NCBI GenBank assembly: GCA_050247435.1
Contig: JBFWUF010000008.1
Coordinates: forward strand, 22,704 to 86,703
Reading direction: 5' to 3'
DNA: 64,000 nucleotides
From: Blastocatellales bacterium
GTDB lineage: Bacteria; Acidobacteriota; Blastocatellia; RBC074
Below are positions 8,024 to 16,743 of the stretch, piece after piece. A program made the position numbers and the translations under genes. The notes under the pieces are model-generated. The model made no database searches, was not told where the DNA came from, and saw only the letters and a program-made list of their open reading frames with translations. Numbering within the stretch: position 1 is the stretch's first letter; every line of letters begins with the position of its first letter.

Positions 8024-11000
8024 TGACTCGGTCTTTGTGCCCAGCGCCGTGACAGTAGCTTTCCGTTCCAACTTGCCCCAACCAATAATCGCTCCTTTCA
8101 TTGCCGTCCAGACAGAGCGCGCCATGACGTAATACATTACCTGGCGATAACAGAATCGCTGCAGGAACAGCCACGACAGCAGGCTCCATTGCTCGCGTTT
8201 TTCGAGCAGAAACGCGAAGCCAGCGGCCATCCAATCCACTGCCAGAAATAGCGCATAGTAAAAGAGCGCCTGTTTGAGATTGGTGATCGCGTATTCGCCT
8301 GGATGTTCCCATCGCTCGAGCGCTGCTGAAATTAGCGTCCATACGAACATCAAATCCATAAGTGGCGAAATCAACGGAAAAAGAATCTGAAAAATCCAGA
8401 CGTTTGGCATAGCGACGAAACCTAGCGCGCCGTATCGCGAATTGAAGAGCGCATCGCGATGTTTCCACATACACTGCAACGTGCCAAACGACCAGCGAAA
8501 TCGTTGTTTGGCCAACCCGCGCACCGTATCAGGAGCTTCCGTCCAGGCAACCGCGTCTTCTTCATATCCGATCCTGTAACCAAGCTTGCGAACTTTAAGC
8601 GTCAGATCCTGGTCCTCGGCCAGCGTGTCTGAGGCGAAACCGCCGAGTTGTTTGAGCAGGTCGCGCCGCCACGCGCCGACCGCGCCTGGCACGACCGTGA
8701 TGCAGTTGAGCGCGGCGAAGGCGCGGCGATCTAGATTCTGCGCCGTGATGTATTCGAGCGCCTGCCAGCGCGTCACCAGATTGATGCGATTGCCGACTTT
8801 GGCGTTCCCGGCAATCGCCCCGACGCGCGGATCGTCAAAGCGGCGGGCGAGCGCGCCGACCGTTTGCGGAGGAAAGATCGTGTCGGCGTCCAGCGCGACA
8901 ACGATTTCGCCTTGCACGAATTGCAACCCGAAATTTAGCGCTTCGGCTTTGCCGCCGTTAGTTTTAGTCAGCAGACGCACGCGCGATTCGGCGGCGAACT
9001 GTTCACGCACAACCTCGCTCGTGCCGTCGGGCGAACCGTCGTCCACGACGATGATTTCGAAGCGGGGATAGTCCGACGCCAGCAAACTGTGGATCGTTTG
9101 CGCGATCACTTTCTCTTCGTTGTAGGCGGCGATGATAACGGAAACGAAGGGCGCTTCTGCGGCGCTCACAGTTTCCCGCGTTCGCCGCCTTGACCGTCGT
9201 TGTTGCGCCAGCGCCAGCGCGCCGATGAAGACGAGGCGCGCCAAACCGAGCACGATGCCGATCAGGAAAACCCAGCGCAGCGCCCAACCTCCAACCGCCA
9301 TTGCATAAAAGGTCACGGCGTCGGCTTTGGAAAAGAAGCCTCTCTCGGGCGGTAGCGGCGGCATAGCCTGATCGCGCGTCATCCCGGCCAGTTGTGAAAC
9401 CGTCGTAAAGCGATAGCCTTTGGTGCGCAGATCGCGAATCAACCTCGGCAACGCCTCGACGGTTTGCGCGCGGTCGCCTCCGCCATCGTGCAGCAATACC
9501 ACCTGTCCGCGCTCGTCGGGGTTGGGGTTTTCGATTCCCGCCATCGTGCGCTGGACGATGGCGTCCGCACCGGGCAAAGTCCAGTCGTCGGGATCCACGC
9601 GGAGTCCGGTGATGATGTAACCCAGGCGATTCGCAATCGCCGCCGGCTCGACTTCGTCCGGCGTTTGAGGTTCAGCGTCGCCGAAATACGGCGCGCGAAA
9701 CAGCCGGGTTGACCTTCCGGTTAGCGATTCGATCAACCGCTGCGTCGCGTTGAGTTCCAGTTCGGTGATGCGGCCCGGAATTTCGCCGAGGTTCGGATGC
9801 GTGTACGAATGATTGCCGATGTCGTGGCCTTCGGCGACGATGCGTTTGACGAGACCGGGATTCCCCTGCCCGTTCTGGCCGATGATGAAGAATGTCGCGG
9901 GAACGTTTTCGCGTTTGAGGATATCGAGGATTTGCGGCGTCCACTTCTCGTCCGGCCCGTCGTCGAAGGTCAAGGCGACCTGGCCCGGACGCCAGCCCGT
10001 GCGTCGAATGACGTAAGAGGAGGGAATGCTCAGGTATTGCGCGGAACGAATCAGCCCGCTCTTCGCATCCAGCGTGATTTCCCGCGAGCCTTCCCTGGGC
10101 GAAGCCTCGAATTGCAGAACCTCGCCCATCCCCTCGAAGTCCACGTCGTAACCGTACACAATCTGCTTCAATCCATCAGGAGAAGCCTCCATCTGCTGAT
10201 TGCCGAAAATAGCCCATAGCGACGGGTCTTCGGAACCCATCCGCCAGAGCGCGAATCCCGCGACGTTGTAGCCGCGCGCAACGCGCATCTGGTTGAAAGC
10301 GGTCACGCCGTCGAGAAACCAAACCGTATGCTCGGCGCCGCCTTCATCTCCGTAGCGGAAATAAGGATTGCGAGTCGCCGGATCGAACTTGATGCTGGCC
10401 TCGCTGTCGCGCGCTTCGAGTACGGCTTCCTGAAAAGTCAGCTCTTCGGTTTCTTTGCCTTTGCTCCAGCCATAGCCGTAGCCGCCGATGCAGACGACCG
10501 TTTTCGCGGGATCGAGTTCTTTCATTCGTTTGGCCAGCGTCGCCTCGAACCAGGGCTGCCCGGCGATGCTGCCCGGATCGCTTTCATTCCAATGCTCGTC
10601 GTAGGCCATCAAGAGGAGAGAATCATTGGCTGCGGCGTAATCCCGGTAATTCCACGCCGGGTCGTCGAAGGGCGCGGCCTGCATCACCGTCCAGTTCCGC
10701 GCCTTGAATGCTGCGTGAAGCTGTCGCACGAACGCAAGCAGATTTTTCTGCGAAGTGTTCGGGACTTCCTCAAAGTCAATGCAAACACTCTGGAAGCCAT
10801 TGTCGCCGACTACGCGCGTCAGTTCACTGACCAGCCGCGTGCGCGCGGTTTCATCGCTGATTTGTTGGGCGAGCGTTTGCGGTTCCCACTTCCCATCCTT
10901 CGAATTGTGAATCATCGGGATGATCGGCAAGTCGGAACGTTGTTTGCGAACCAGATTGAGCGCGCGCGGATCAACTTCAAGCGCCAATGGATGATCGCCC

Positions 11001-11449
11001 GTTTGCAGCCGAATCCATTCGGGGATCAATTGGTCAAGTTGCGGCAAATGGCGTTTGAGCGATTGGTAGCTCGAATCGTCCCAGTTGACATAAAACCCGC
11101 TGGCCAGCGGGCGCGTGGGCGAATGACTCACGCTCACGGCCGGCGTGGGCGTTTTGCCTTGATGAGCTATCGTCGCCCGGTCAAGCGCGGCCCGTGCACG
11201 CGCGGCTTTCCGCTCGCGGCGATCAGCGATCAACTGCGGCGCTTGCGGTTTGGCGTCCACCACGCCGGGCAGGACGGACAACTGTCGCAGATTCAATTGC
11301 GGCAATGTCGGATTGATGAGTATGCTGGCGACGAAGATCGCTGCAAGCGCCGTGACGATGGCGGCCAATGGCCAACCGGCGCGGCGCAGGTTGCGGCTTC
11401 GGCGGCCCAGTGGATCGTAAAAAACAGGAAGACTTTTGCCAGTTTGCAT
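8006..11449 (-). CDS. multidomain exopolysaccharide synthase: N-terminal GH18-like domain + CE4 (NodB) polysaccharide deacetylase + GT2 processive glycosyltransferase (PgaB/PgaC-like fusion)
   Basis: N-terminal TM anchor. GH18-like motifs YVNWDD and CIDFEEV. CE4 motifs TFDDGPD, HSYTHP and RAPYFG. GT2 motifs VSVIIAAYNEE, VVDDGSPDG, LDADT and QRFRW (the QxxRW motif). C-terminal TM helices. Confidence 0.85.
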   Translation of the reverse strand: MQTGKSLPVFYDPLGRRSRNLRRAGWPLAAIVTALAAIFVASILINPTLPQLNLRQLSVLPGVVDAKPQAPQLIADRRERKAARARAALDRATIAHQGKTPTPAVSVSHSPTRPLASGFYVNWDDSSYQSLKRHLPQLDQLIPEWIRLQTGDHPLALEVDPRALNLVRKQRSDLPIIPMIHNSKDGKWEPQTLAQQISDETARTRLVSELTRVVGDNGFQSVCIDFEEVPNTSQKNLLAFVRQLHAAFKARNWTVMQAAPFDDPAWNYRDYAAANDSLLLMAYDEHWNESDPGSIAGQPWFEATLAKRMKELDPAKTVVCIGGYGYGWSKGKETEELTFQEAVLEARDSEASIKFDPATRNPYFRYGDEGGAEHTVWFLDGVTAFNQMRVARGYNVAGFALWRMGSEDPSLWAIFGNQQMEASPDGLKQIVYGYDVDFEGMGEVLQFEASPREGSREITLDAKSGLIRSAQYLSIPSSYVIRRTGWRPGQVALTFDDGPDEKWTPQILDILKRENVPATFFIIGQNGQGNPGLVKRIVAEGHDIGNHSYTHPNLGEIPGRITELELNATQRLIESLTGRSTRLFRAPYFGDAEPQTPDEVEPAAIANRLGYIITGLRVDPDDWTLPGADAIVQRTMAGIENPNPDERGQVVLLHDGGGDRAQTVEALPRLIRDLRTKGYRFTTVSQLAGMTRDQAMPPLPPERGFFSKADAVTFYAMAVGGWALRWVFLIGIVLGLARLVFIGALALAQQRRSRRRTRETVSAAEAPFVSVIIAAYNEEKVIAQTIHSLLASDYPRFEIIVVDDGSPDGTSEVVREQFAAESRVRLLTKTNGGKAEALNFGLQFVQGEIVVALDADTIFPPQTVGALARRFDDPRVGAIAGNAKVGNRINLVTRWQALEYITAQNLDRRAFAALNCITVVPGAVGAWRRDLLKQLGGFASDTLAEDQDLTLKVRKLGYRIGYEEDAVAWTEAPDTVRGLAKQRFRWSFGTLQCMWKHRDALFNSRYGALGFVAMPNVWIFQILFPLISPLMDLMFVWTLISAALERWEHPGEYAITNLKQALFYYALFLAVDWMAAGFAFLLEKREQWSLLSWLFLQRFCYRQVMYYVMARSVWTAMKGAIIGWGKLERKATVTALGTKTESSMISR

Positions 11450-11461
11450 CAGCGCCTCTCT

Positions 11462-11653
11462 CTACTTCAGTCTTTCCGCTGCGTTCTTCTTTTCCGCTTC
11501 TGGTTCGTTGATTTCGTTGACGCCCCGCTTAAAGCCGCGAATCGCTTCGCCCAGGCCCTTGCCGAGTTCCGGCAACTTCTTCGGGCCGAAAACGAGCAGC
11601 ACGATGCCGAGCACGATGATCAGATGCAACGGTTGAAAGAGTCCTTCAAACAT
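11462..11653 (-). CDS. tatA: twin-arginine translocase subunit TatA/E
   Basis: [44 protein letters not shown] is the canonical TatA TM and amphipathic helix. ATG at 11653. Ends 12 nt before the start of the fusion synthase. Confidence 0.85.
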   Translation of the reverse strand: MFEGLFQPLHLIIVLGIVLLVFGPKKLPELGKGLGEAIRGFKRGVNEINEPEAEKKNAAERLK

Positions 11654-11673
11654 GTTTGTTCCTTTCCCTTCAA

Positions 11674-11865
11674 TCAGACGGTTTGCGGTTGCGCGAACAG
11701 CGCGGCAAACTCGACGCGCGGATTTACTCGTCGCGCCTGCCGTTTGCGTACCCACTCGCTGACCGTGAACTGCACTTGCGGAGTATTTGCCGTGTGGGCT
11801 TGTGGCTGATCGGTCTGTTCCTGCTTCAACACTTCTCCACGTTTGATCAATTTTGGTTTGTTCAT
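11674..11865 (-). CDS. small hypothetical protein (63 aa) upstream of tatA
   Basis: ATG at 11865 with an AGAGG RBS 7 nt upstream. The sequence [17 protein letters not shown]... is basic. Same strand as tatA and 20 nt upstream of it. Confidence 0.35.
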   Translation of the reverse strand: MNKPKLIKRGEVLKQEQTDQPQAHTANTPQVQFTVSEWVRKRQARRVNPRVEFAALFAQPQTV

Positions 11866-12337
11866 CTTGTGACCTCTTTTTTTCAGTTCGTTGCAGTCAA
11901 TCGCTTTGGTTGCGGCGCGACATTTATCAGCCTGGGCAACCGTTGTGCCAGATGAGCACGGCGGTGGTTTCATTTGTAAAAACGCTGGAAACCTCGTCTG
12001 TATGCGCGTTTTCGTGAGGCGGGTTGGAATGGATGGCCGACTGCATTGCAGATCAGCCACGAAAGTAATTACAGGTTGGGAGCGACGCTGGTCGCCGCGT
12101 GCGAGGCATTTTGGCTCCGGCTTGGGAATGACGGCCAGATCGCCACAAATGAAAGCCGAAGGCTGGCGATTTCAGCTTGAATTTAGCGTTCTTTCCATCA
12201 GGCACGGCGCTTGCTCAACGAGTGAGCGAACATCGTCGGGCAACGCGCTCGATGATCCATCGCAGGTTCAACGCAGGCAGGAATCACGATGGGTTCGATG
12301 ACTTCAAACCACCGCAAAAAGAAAGAGGAAACAGCAC

Positions 12338-12730
12338 ATGAAGACAATGACAAAAACGCTTGCCGGGTTGGCGCTCGCGGGAATGATCGCAATGGGCGTC
12401 GCCGCGCAAACCCCGGCTCCGGCTAAACCCATGACAGCGCCAAAGCACATGACCAAAACTGCGCATGTGACCAAGAGCGATTCGGACATTCAGGCAGACA
12501 TTCAAAAACGGCTTGCCGCCTCGCCGAAGCTGAAATCGGAAAACATCAGCGCCAGCGTTTCGGGCGGCGTCGCCATCTTCACCGGCGCGGTCAAGAACGC
12601 GGGCAGCAAGGGCGGCGTGACCAGACTGGCGAAAGCCGCCGGCGCGAAATCCGTCGTCAACAACATCACGGTCGAGCACGCGGCCAAACCGATGCCCGCC
12701 GCGAAGCACGCGAATCCAGCGAAGAAGTAG
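12338..12730 (+). CDS. BON domain-containing secreted protein
   Basis: Signal peptide MKTMTKTLAGLALAGMIAMGVAAQ. The C-terminal ~70 aa have a BON-like pattern (SVSGGVAIFTGAVKN...VNNITV). Confidence 0.7.
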   Translation: MKTMTKTLAGLALAGMIAMGVAAQTPAPAKPMTAPKHMTKTAHVTKSDSDIQADIQKRLAASPKLKSENISASVSGGVAIFTGAVKNAGSKGGVTRLAKAAGAKSVVNNITVEHAAKPMPAAKHANPAKK

Positions 12731-12862
12731 TAAACATCAATGCATTGAATCGCGATTGGAGGGCGAAACCCCGATAACGTCTAATTCCACTTACAGGAGG
12801 ATAAAAGAAGAGCGCGTCGCGGCGGCATCCTTGTTGCGGCGCGTTTTTCATTTGGATCAGTC

Positions 12863-13453
12863 ATGAAGTTGATGTCACTGTTTTTTTCAGGCGCGATGTA
12901 CGACATGTTTGCGCTTGCGCTGCCCATCGCGGAGAAAATGCTCCGTCCGGTGATCGTTTACGTGTTTCTGGTCGTCGCCTTGCGCGTCTTCGGCAAACGC
13001 GAACTGGCGCAACTCAATCCTTTCGATTTGGTCGTACTGCTGTCGCTGTCGAACACCGTGCAGAACGCCATCATCGGCGATGACAACTCAGTGACCGGCG
13101 GTTTGATCGGCGCGTTCACGCTGCTGGCGACGAACTATCTGGTCGTGCGCTTTCTGTTTCGCCATCGCAGGCTGGATCAGATCGTTGAGGGGGCATCAAC
13201 CGTGCTGATCGAGAACGGGCGCATTCGGCGCCAGGCGTTGGCGAAAGAGTTGTTGACGGAATCGGAATTGCTGAGCGTCGCGCACCGGCAGGGATTCAAG
13301 AATCTGAGCGAGATCAGTCGCTGCGTGCTCGAACCCGGCGGGGTGTTTTTCATCGAAGCCAAAACGCCGCCCATCGCCGAACGGCAACATGCTGAATTGC
13401 TCGCGCAACTGGAACAGATCAAAAACCAGCTCGCTCAACTCAACCGCGCTTGA
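12863..13453 (+). CDS. DUF421 (YetF-like) membrane protein
   Basis: N-terminal TM helices followed by the conserved DUF421 core (LAQLNPFDLVVLLSLSNTVQNAIIGDDNSVTGG). Confidence 0.7.
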   Translation: MKLMSLFFSGAMYDMFALALPIAEKMLRPVIVYVFLVVALRVFGKRELAQLNPFDLVVLLSLSNTVQNAIIGDDNSVTGGLIGAFTLLATNYLVVRFLFRHRRLDQIVEGASTVLIENGRIRRQALAKELLTESELLSVAHRQGFKNLSEISRCVLEPGGVFFIEAKTPPIAERQHAELLAQLEQIKNQLAQLNRA

Positions 13454-14240
13454 TCGCGCATTGTTCGCGGTAAGCGCACACCCTGCACTTCCAGTATTCC
13501 GCCGGAGCGGGTAGTTTGCCGGAATCAATCTCTTCAAAACGGGCGAGCGCGGAGTGGGCATTTTCGGCGTTCACGTCGCTTTCAAACGTTTCGATGGCAT
13601 TGGCATCTTCGGCCAGAATCTGAATCCGTTTGCGCGGGCGTTTGAAAAACAGCCCATAGAGGTCGCCCTGCAGTTCGGCTATTCGCTTCGAGACCACCAA
13701 ATATGCTCGCCTGCGCGTGGTTTTGAATTCGTAAACGAAGTCACGAGCCAGTCCGTCCGGGATTCCAAGCGCGACATAGCGCGAATATTCAAAACCCCAT
13801 CTCACAGTGGCGTATTTCTCCGCAAACGCGCTTTGGTTCGCTCTTCCGCGTTCATAAGGATCAGCCGATTGGCTGAAACAGGCTTTTGATTTAGGCGGAA
13901 CTCCGATCTTGCGCCGTCGCGTTCCTTTCGGTTCGACAAGCTCCAACCGGGCAATCTGTTCGAGTAGTTTCAACGGCGCGATACGCTTTTCAATGCCCAC
14001 TGTTTCCTGTAAACGCTCCAGGCGATCTGCAAGGTACGCGCCGAAGTATCCAGGTTCCTTCTCTTTATTCCTGAACCAGGATTGCATCGCGCACCACTCC
14101 ATTTGCGCCAGGTCATGCATGCCAATGAATACGAGAGCGTCAGGCAGAGCGCCGCGCCGCTCTTTCTCGATTGGCAACAGTTGGTCAGAATTTACGCCCA
14201 CCTGAAACAGATAATCGAATAGCGTGTACGTTTTTTTCAT
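13440..14240 (-). CDS. Cas4/RecB-like PD-(D/E)xK nuclease with 4Fe-4S cluster cysteines (DUF83-like), solo
   Basis: N-terminal Cys (MEWCAM). Motif II GIPDGL. Motif III EFK. QGDLY (the QxxxY motif). C-terminal C-x2-C-x5-C (CRVCAYREQC). No cas1/cas2 or CRISPR repeats nearby. Confidence 0.7.
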   Translation of the reverse strand: MKKTYTLFDYLFQVGVNSDQLLPIEKERRGALPDALVFIGMHDLAQMEWCAMQSWFRNKEKEPGYFGAYLADRLERLQETVGIEKRIAPLKLLEQIARLELVEPKGTRRRKIGVPPKSKACFSQSADPYERGRANQSAFAEKYATVRWGFEYSRYVALGIPDGLARDFVYEFKTTRRRAYLVVSKRIAELQGDLYGLFFKRPRKRIQILAEDANAIETFESDVNAENAHSALARFEEIDSGKLPAPAEYWKCRVCAYREQCAIKRG

Positions 14241-14476
14241 AGCAGTTAATTGGATCCTCTTTCGTTCTGGGTCAGCCGCAATCTTTGCTTACGAGGAAAC
14301 TACAAGCCAGCAAGCATTAACGGATTCGCTTTGCGTAATAGTGCCCGCGCCATTGTTCCAGTGATGAAGGTGAATTGTCTTGCGCCACCGAGTCAATCTA
14401 GACAAAATGCTTTTTCCCCTCTCGCAGTTCAATCTCGTATTACCAGCTACAATTCGATGATGGGAGCATCACTAAG

Positions 14477-15790
14477 ATGGAGCATGCTGAAGTAGAAGTC
14501 GCCAGTCCGGCAATTCAACCAGCCGCGCAAAACCATACGCAACCCGGTCCGGTGCGACGTTTCTTCCGCAATCTCGGTCCGGGGCTGATTACAGGCGCGG
14601 CGGATGACGACCCGTCGGGCATTTCGACTTATGCGACGGCGGGCGCGGCCTTTGGCTATGGAATGTTGTGGACGGCGTGGTTCAGTTTGCCGTTGATGGC
14701 GGCGGTGCAGTTGATGTGCGCGCGCATCGGCCTGGTGTCGGGGCGCGGACTGGCGGCGGTGCTACGACGCTACTATTCGCGGCGCGTGCTGTGGTTTGCC
14801 TGCGCGTTGTTGCTGGTCGCCAACACCGTCAACATCGCGGCGGATCTGGGCGGGATGGCCGAAGCAATGCAATTGCTGACCGGGATAAACTCGCTCTGGT
14901 TCCATCTGCCCTTCGCCGCGCTGATTGTCGCGCTGCTTTTTTTCACGTCCTATCGCACGATGGCGAACATCTTCAAATGGATCACGCTGGTGTTGTTCGC
15001 CTATTTCATCGCGGCGTTTCTCGCGCATCCCCACTGGCCGGACGTGCTCAAGGCGACTTTCCAGCCGCGCCTCAGCTTGAACCGTGATTACCTGATGACG
15101 CTCGTGGCGATTCTCGGCACGACGATTTCACCTTACCTCTTTTTCTGGCAGGCGGCGCAACTGGTGGAGGAAGAAAAAGCCGCCGGCAAGAATACGGTCG
15201 GCAAGCGGATGGGCGCGACGCGCGAGGAACTGCGCGCCGTTCACGCGGATGTCATCACGGGCATGACGATTTGCGTCGCCGTCTTTTACTTCATCATCCT
15301 AACGACAGGCGCGACGCTTTACGCCAACGGGCAACGCGAAATCGAGACCGCGCGGCAGGCTGCTGAAGCCCTGCGCCCGCTCGCGGGTGAAGCGGCGTAT
15401 GCGCTGTTTGCGTTGGGCCTGATCGGCACGGGGATGCTGGGCGTGCCCGTGCTGGCGGGTTCGGCAGCTTATGCAGTAGCTGAAGCCTTCGCCTGGCGCA
15501 GTGGGATGAATGAGCGACCACGCATGGCGCCAAAGTTTTATGCCGTGATTGCCGTGGCGATGGTTGCCGGAGTGCTGCTCGATTATTCCGGCTTCAATGC
15601 GATCAAGATGCTTTTCTGGTCGGCGGTGCTCAACGGATTGCTTGCGCCGCCGCTGATCGTGATCATCCTGATTGTCTGCAACAATCCGCGCGTGATGGGC
15701 GAACATGTGAACGGGCGCTGGCTCAACTGGCTGGGCATCGGAGCGGCGTTGGTGATGACGGTTGCGGCAATAGCAATGTTTTGTGGATAA
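14477..15790 (+). CDS. mntH: NRAMP-family divalent metal (Mn2+/Fe2+) transporter
   Basis: Nramp signature GPGLITGAADDDPSGI. 11-12 TM helices. 437 aa. Confidence 0.9.
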   Translation: MEHAEVEVASPAIQPAAQNHTQPGPVRRFFRNLGPGLITGAADDDPSGISTYATAGAAFGYGMLWTAWFSLPLMAAVQLMCARIGLVSGRGLAAVLRRYYSRRVLWFACALLLVANTVNIAADLGGMAEAMQLLTGINSLWFHLPFAALIVALLFFTSYRTMANIFKWITLVLFAYFIAAFLAHPHWPDVLKATFQPRLSLNRDYLMTLVAILGTTISPYLFFWQAAQLVEEEKAAGKNTVGKRMGATREELRAVHADVITGMTICVAVFYFIILTTGATLYANGQREIETARQAAEALRPLAGEAAYALFALGLIGTGMLGVPVLAGSAAYAVAEAFAWRSGMNERPRMAPKFYAVIAVAMVAGVLLDYSGFNAIKMLFWSAVLNGLLAPPLIVIILIVCNNPRVMGEHVNGRWLNWLGIGAALVMTVAAIAMFCG

Positions 15791-15796
15791 GAAGCG

Positions 15797-16663
15797 ATGC
15801 TTAACACGAAAATCATCCTGTGGCTTTGCTTCCTGTTGCTGGCGACTCATCAGGCCGCCGCGCAACAGCCGCCGTCTACGACCGCTGCGCCGCAGTCACA
15901 AACCGCCTCGCAAACCAGCCCGGCGGACGATCAATTCAATTTCAAATCGCGGCGCAGGCGTGTTTCCAAACCTGCTGAATTTCAAGGCGCGGGAGTCCTG
16001 CAACTCGATTACGGCTACAACGGCGATTTTCGCGCGCGCCAGATGCAGGCTGCGCAAGCTGCCACACTCAACTTGAATTTTGCCCTGACAGACAGTCTGC
16101 TACTCGAATTCTCGAATGATAACCTTGCCAGCCAGACCGACACGGCAAATCTGCGACAGACAGGTATCGGGAACACATCCCTGGGCTTTCAGTGGACAGC
16201 ATTGGAAGAGAAGGAGCAACGCCCGTCCTTGGGCTTTGCCTATCTGGCGACTTTGCCGACCGGCAGTCAGGGAAAAGGCTTCAACAACGGGCGCGCGATG
16301 CATAAGGTGACCGGGTTAGCGAGTAAACAGGTGAGCAAGACCGATGTCGATTTCAATGCCTCGTTATTACTCAACGGTATTGAAGGGCAGCGTAGTTATG
16401 ACAAAGGTTTACAGTTGGCCTTGGGATTTACGCGCAATCTTAAGCGCGGTTTCGGCCTGCAATGGGAAATTGCGGGCCAAACGCTGGATGCCGATGAACC
16501 GAAAGGCGCATTCGCCCTCTGGACACTGACCTGGCAACCCAATGTGCGGATCCAATTCGACGCCGGAATGCGGTATGGGCTGACCGCCAGTGCGCCTCGC
16601 TATGGCATCTTCTTCGGAGTCAACTTGGCGGTCACCAACCTGTATCCCAGCCGCCGGAGATAA
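15797..16663 (+). CDS. secreted protein, putative outer-membrane beta-barrel, co-transcribed with mntH
   Basis: Signal peptide (LLLATHQAAAQ). The mature part has alternating hydrophobic patterns and is Gly/Asn/Thr/Gln-rich, which is porin-like. Starts 7 nt after the mntH stop. Confidence 0.5.
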   Translation: MLNTKIILWLCFLLLATHQAAAQQPPSTTAAPQSQTASQTSPADDQFNFKSRRRRVSKPAEFQGAGVLQLDYGYNGDFRARQMQAAQAATLNLNFALTDSLLLEFSNDNLASQTDTANLRQTGIGNTSLGFQWTALEEKEQRPSLGFAYLATLPTGSQGKGFNNGRAMHKVTGLASKQVSKTDVDFNASLLLNGIEGQRSYDKGLQLALGFTRNLKRGFGLQWEIAGQTLDADEPKGAFALWTLTWQPNVRIQFDAGMRYGLTASAPRYGIFFGVNLAVTNLYPSRRR

Positions 16664-16743
16664 TTTCGTTCAGAGGCCACCTGCCTTTGGCGTTTGAGGT
16701 CGCATCCGCCCTTACCAAAACAGACGATACTTAAGTCCATTCC

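Noticed and set aside
7900-8100. Integration boundary (attL/attR, tRNA, integrase) at the junction between the mobile-element genes and the chromosomal-looking EPS operon
   Set aside because: No tRNA-like sequence, tyrosine or serine recombinase ORF, or flanking direct repeat was found. The 916-aa ORF and the synthase gene even overlap convergently, so no boundary can be called from this window.
10328-11809. 493-aa + strand ORF antisense to the GT2/CE4 fusion gene and tatA
   Set aside because: It spans two confidently called minus-strand genes and the gap between them. The translation is Arg/Ala-rich with no domain pattern.
13440-14240. CRISPR array or cas operon associated with the Cas4-like gene
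   Set aside because: No direct-repeat/spacer periodicity and no cas1/cas2-like ORFs occur anywhere in the 64-kb window. The nuclease is treated as solo.
14241-14476. Possible Mn riboswitch (yybP-ykoY) or metalloregulator box upstream of mntH
   Set aside because: The conserved yybP-ykoY core was looked for but not recognised by eye. No convincing palindrome was found either. This needs Infernal or PWM scanning before any claim.
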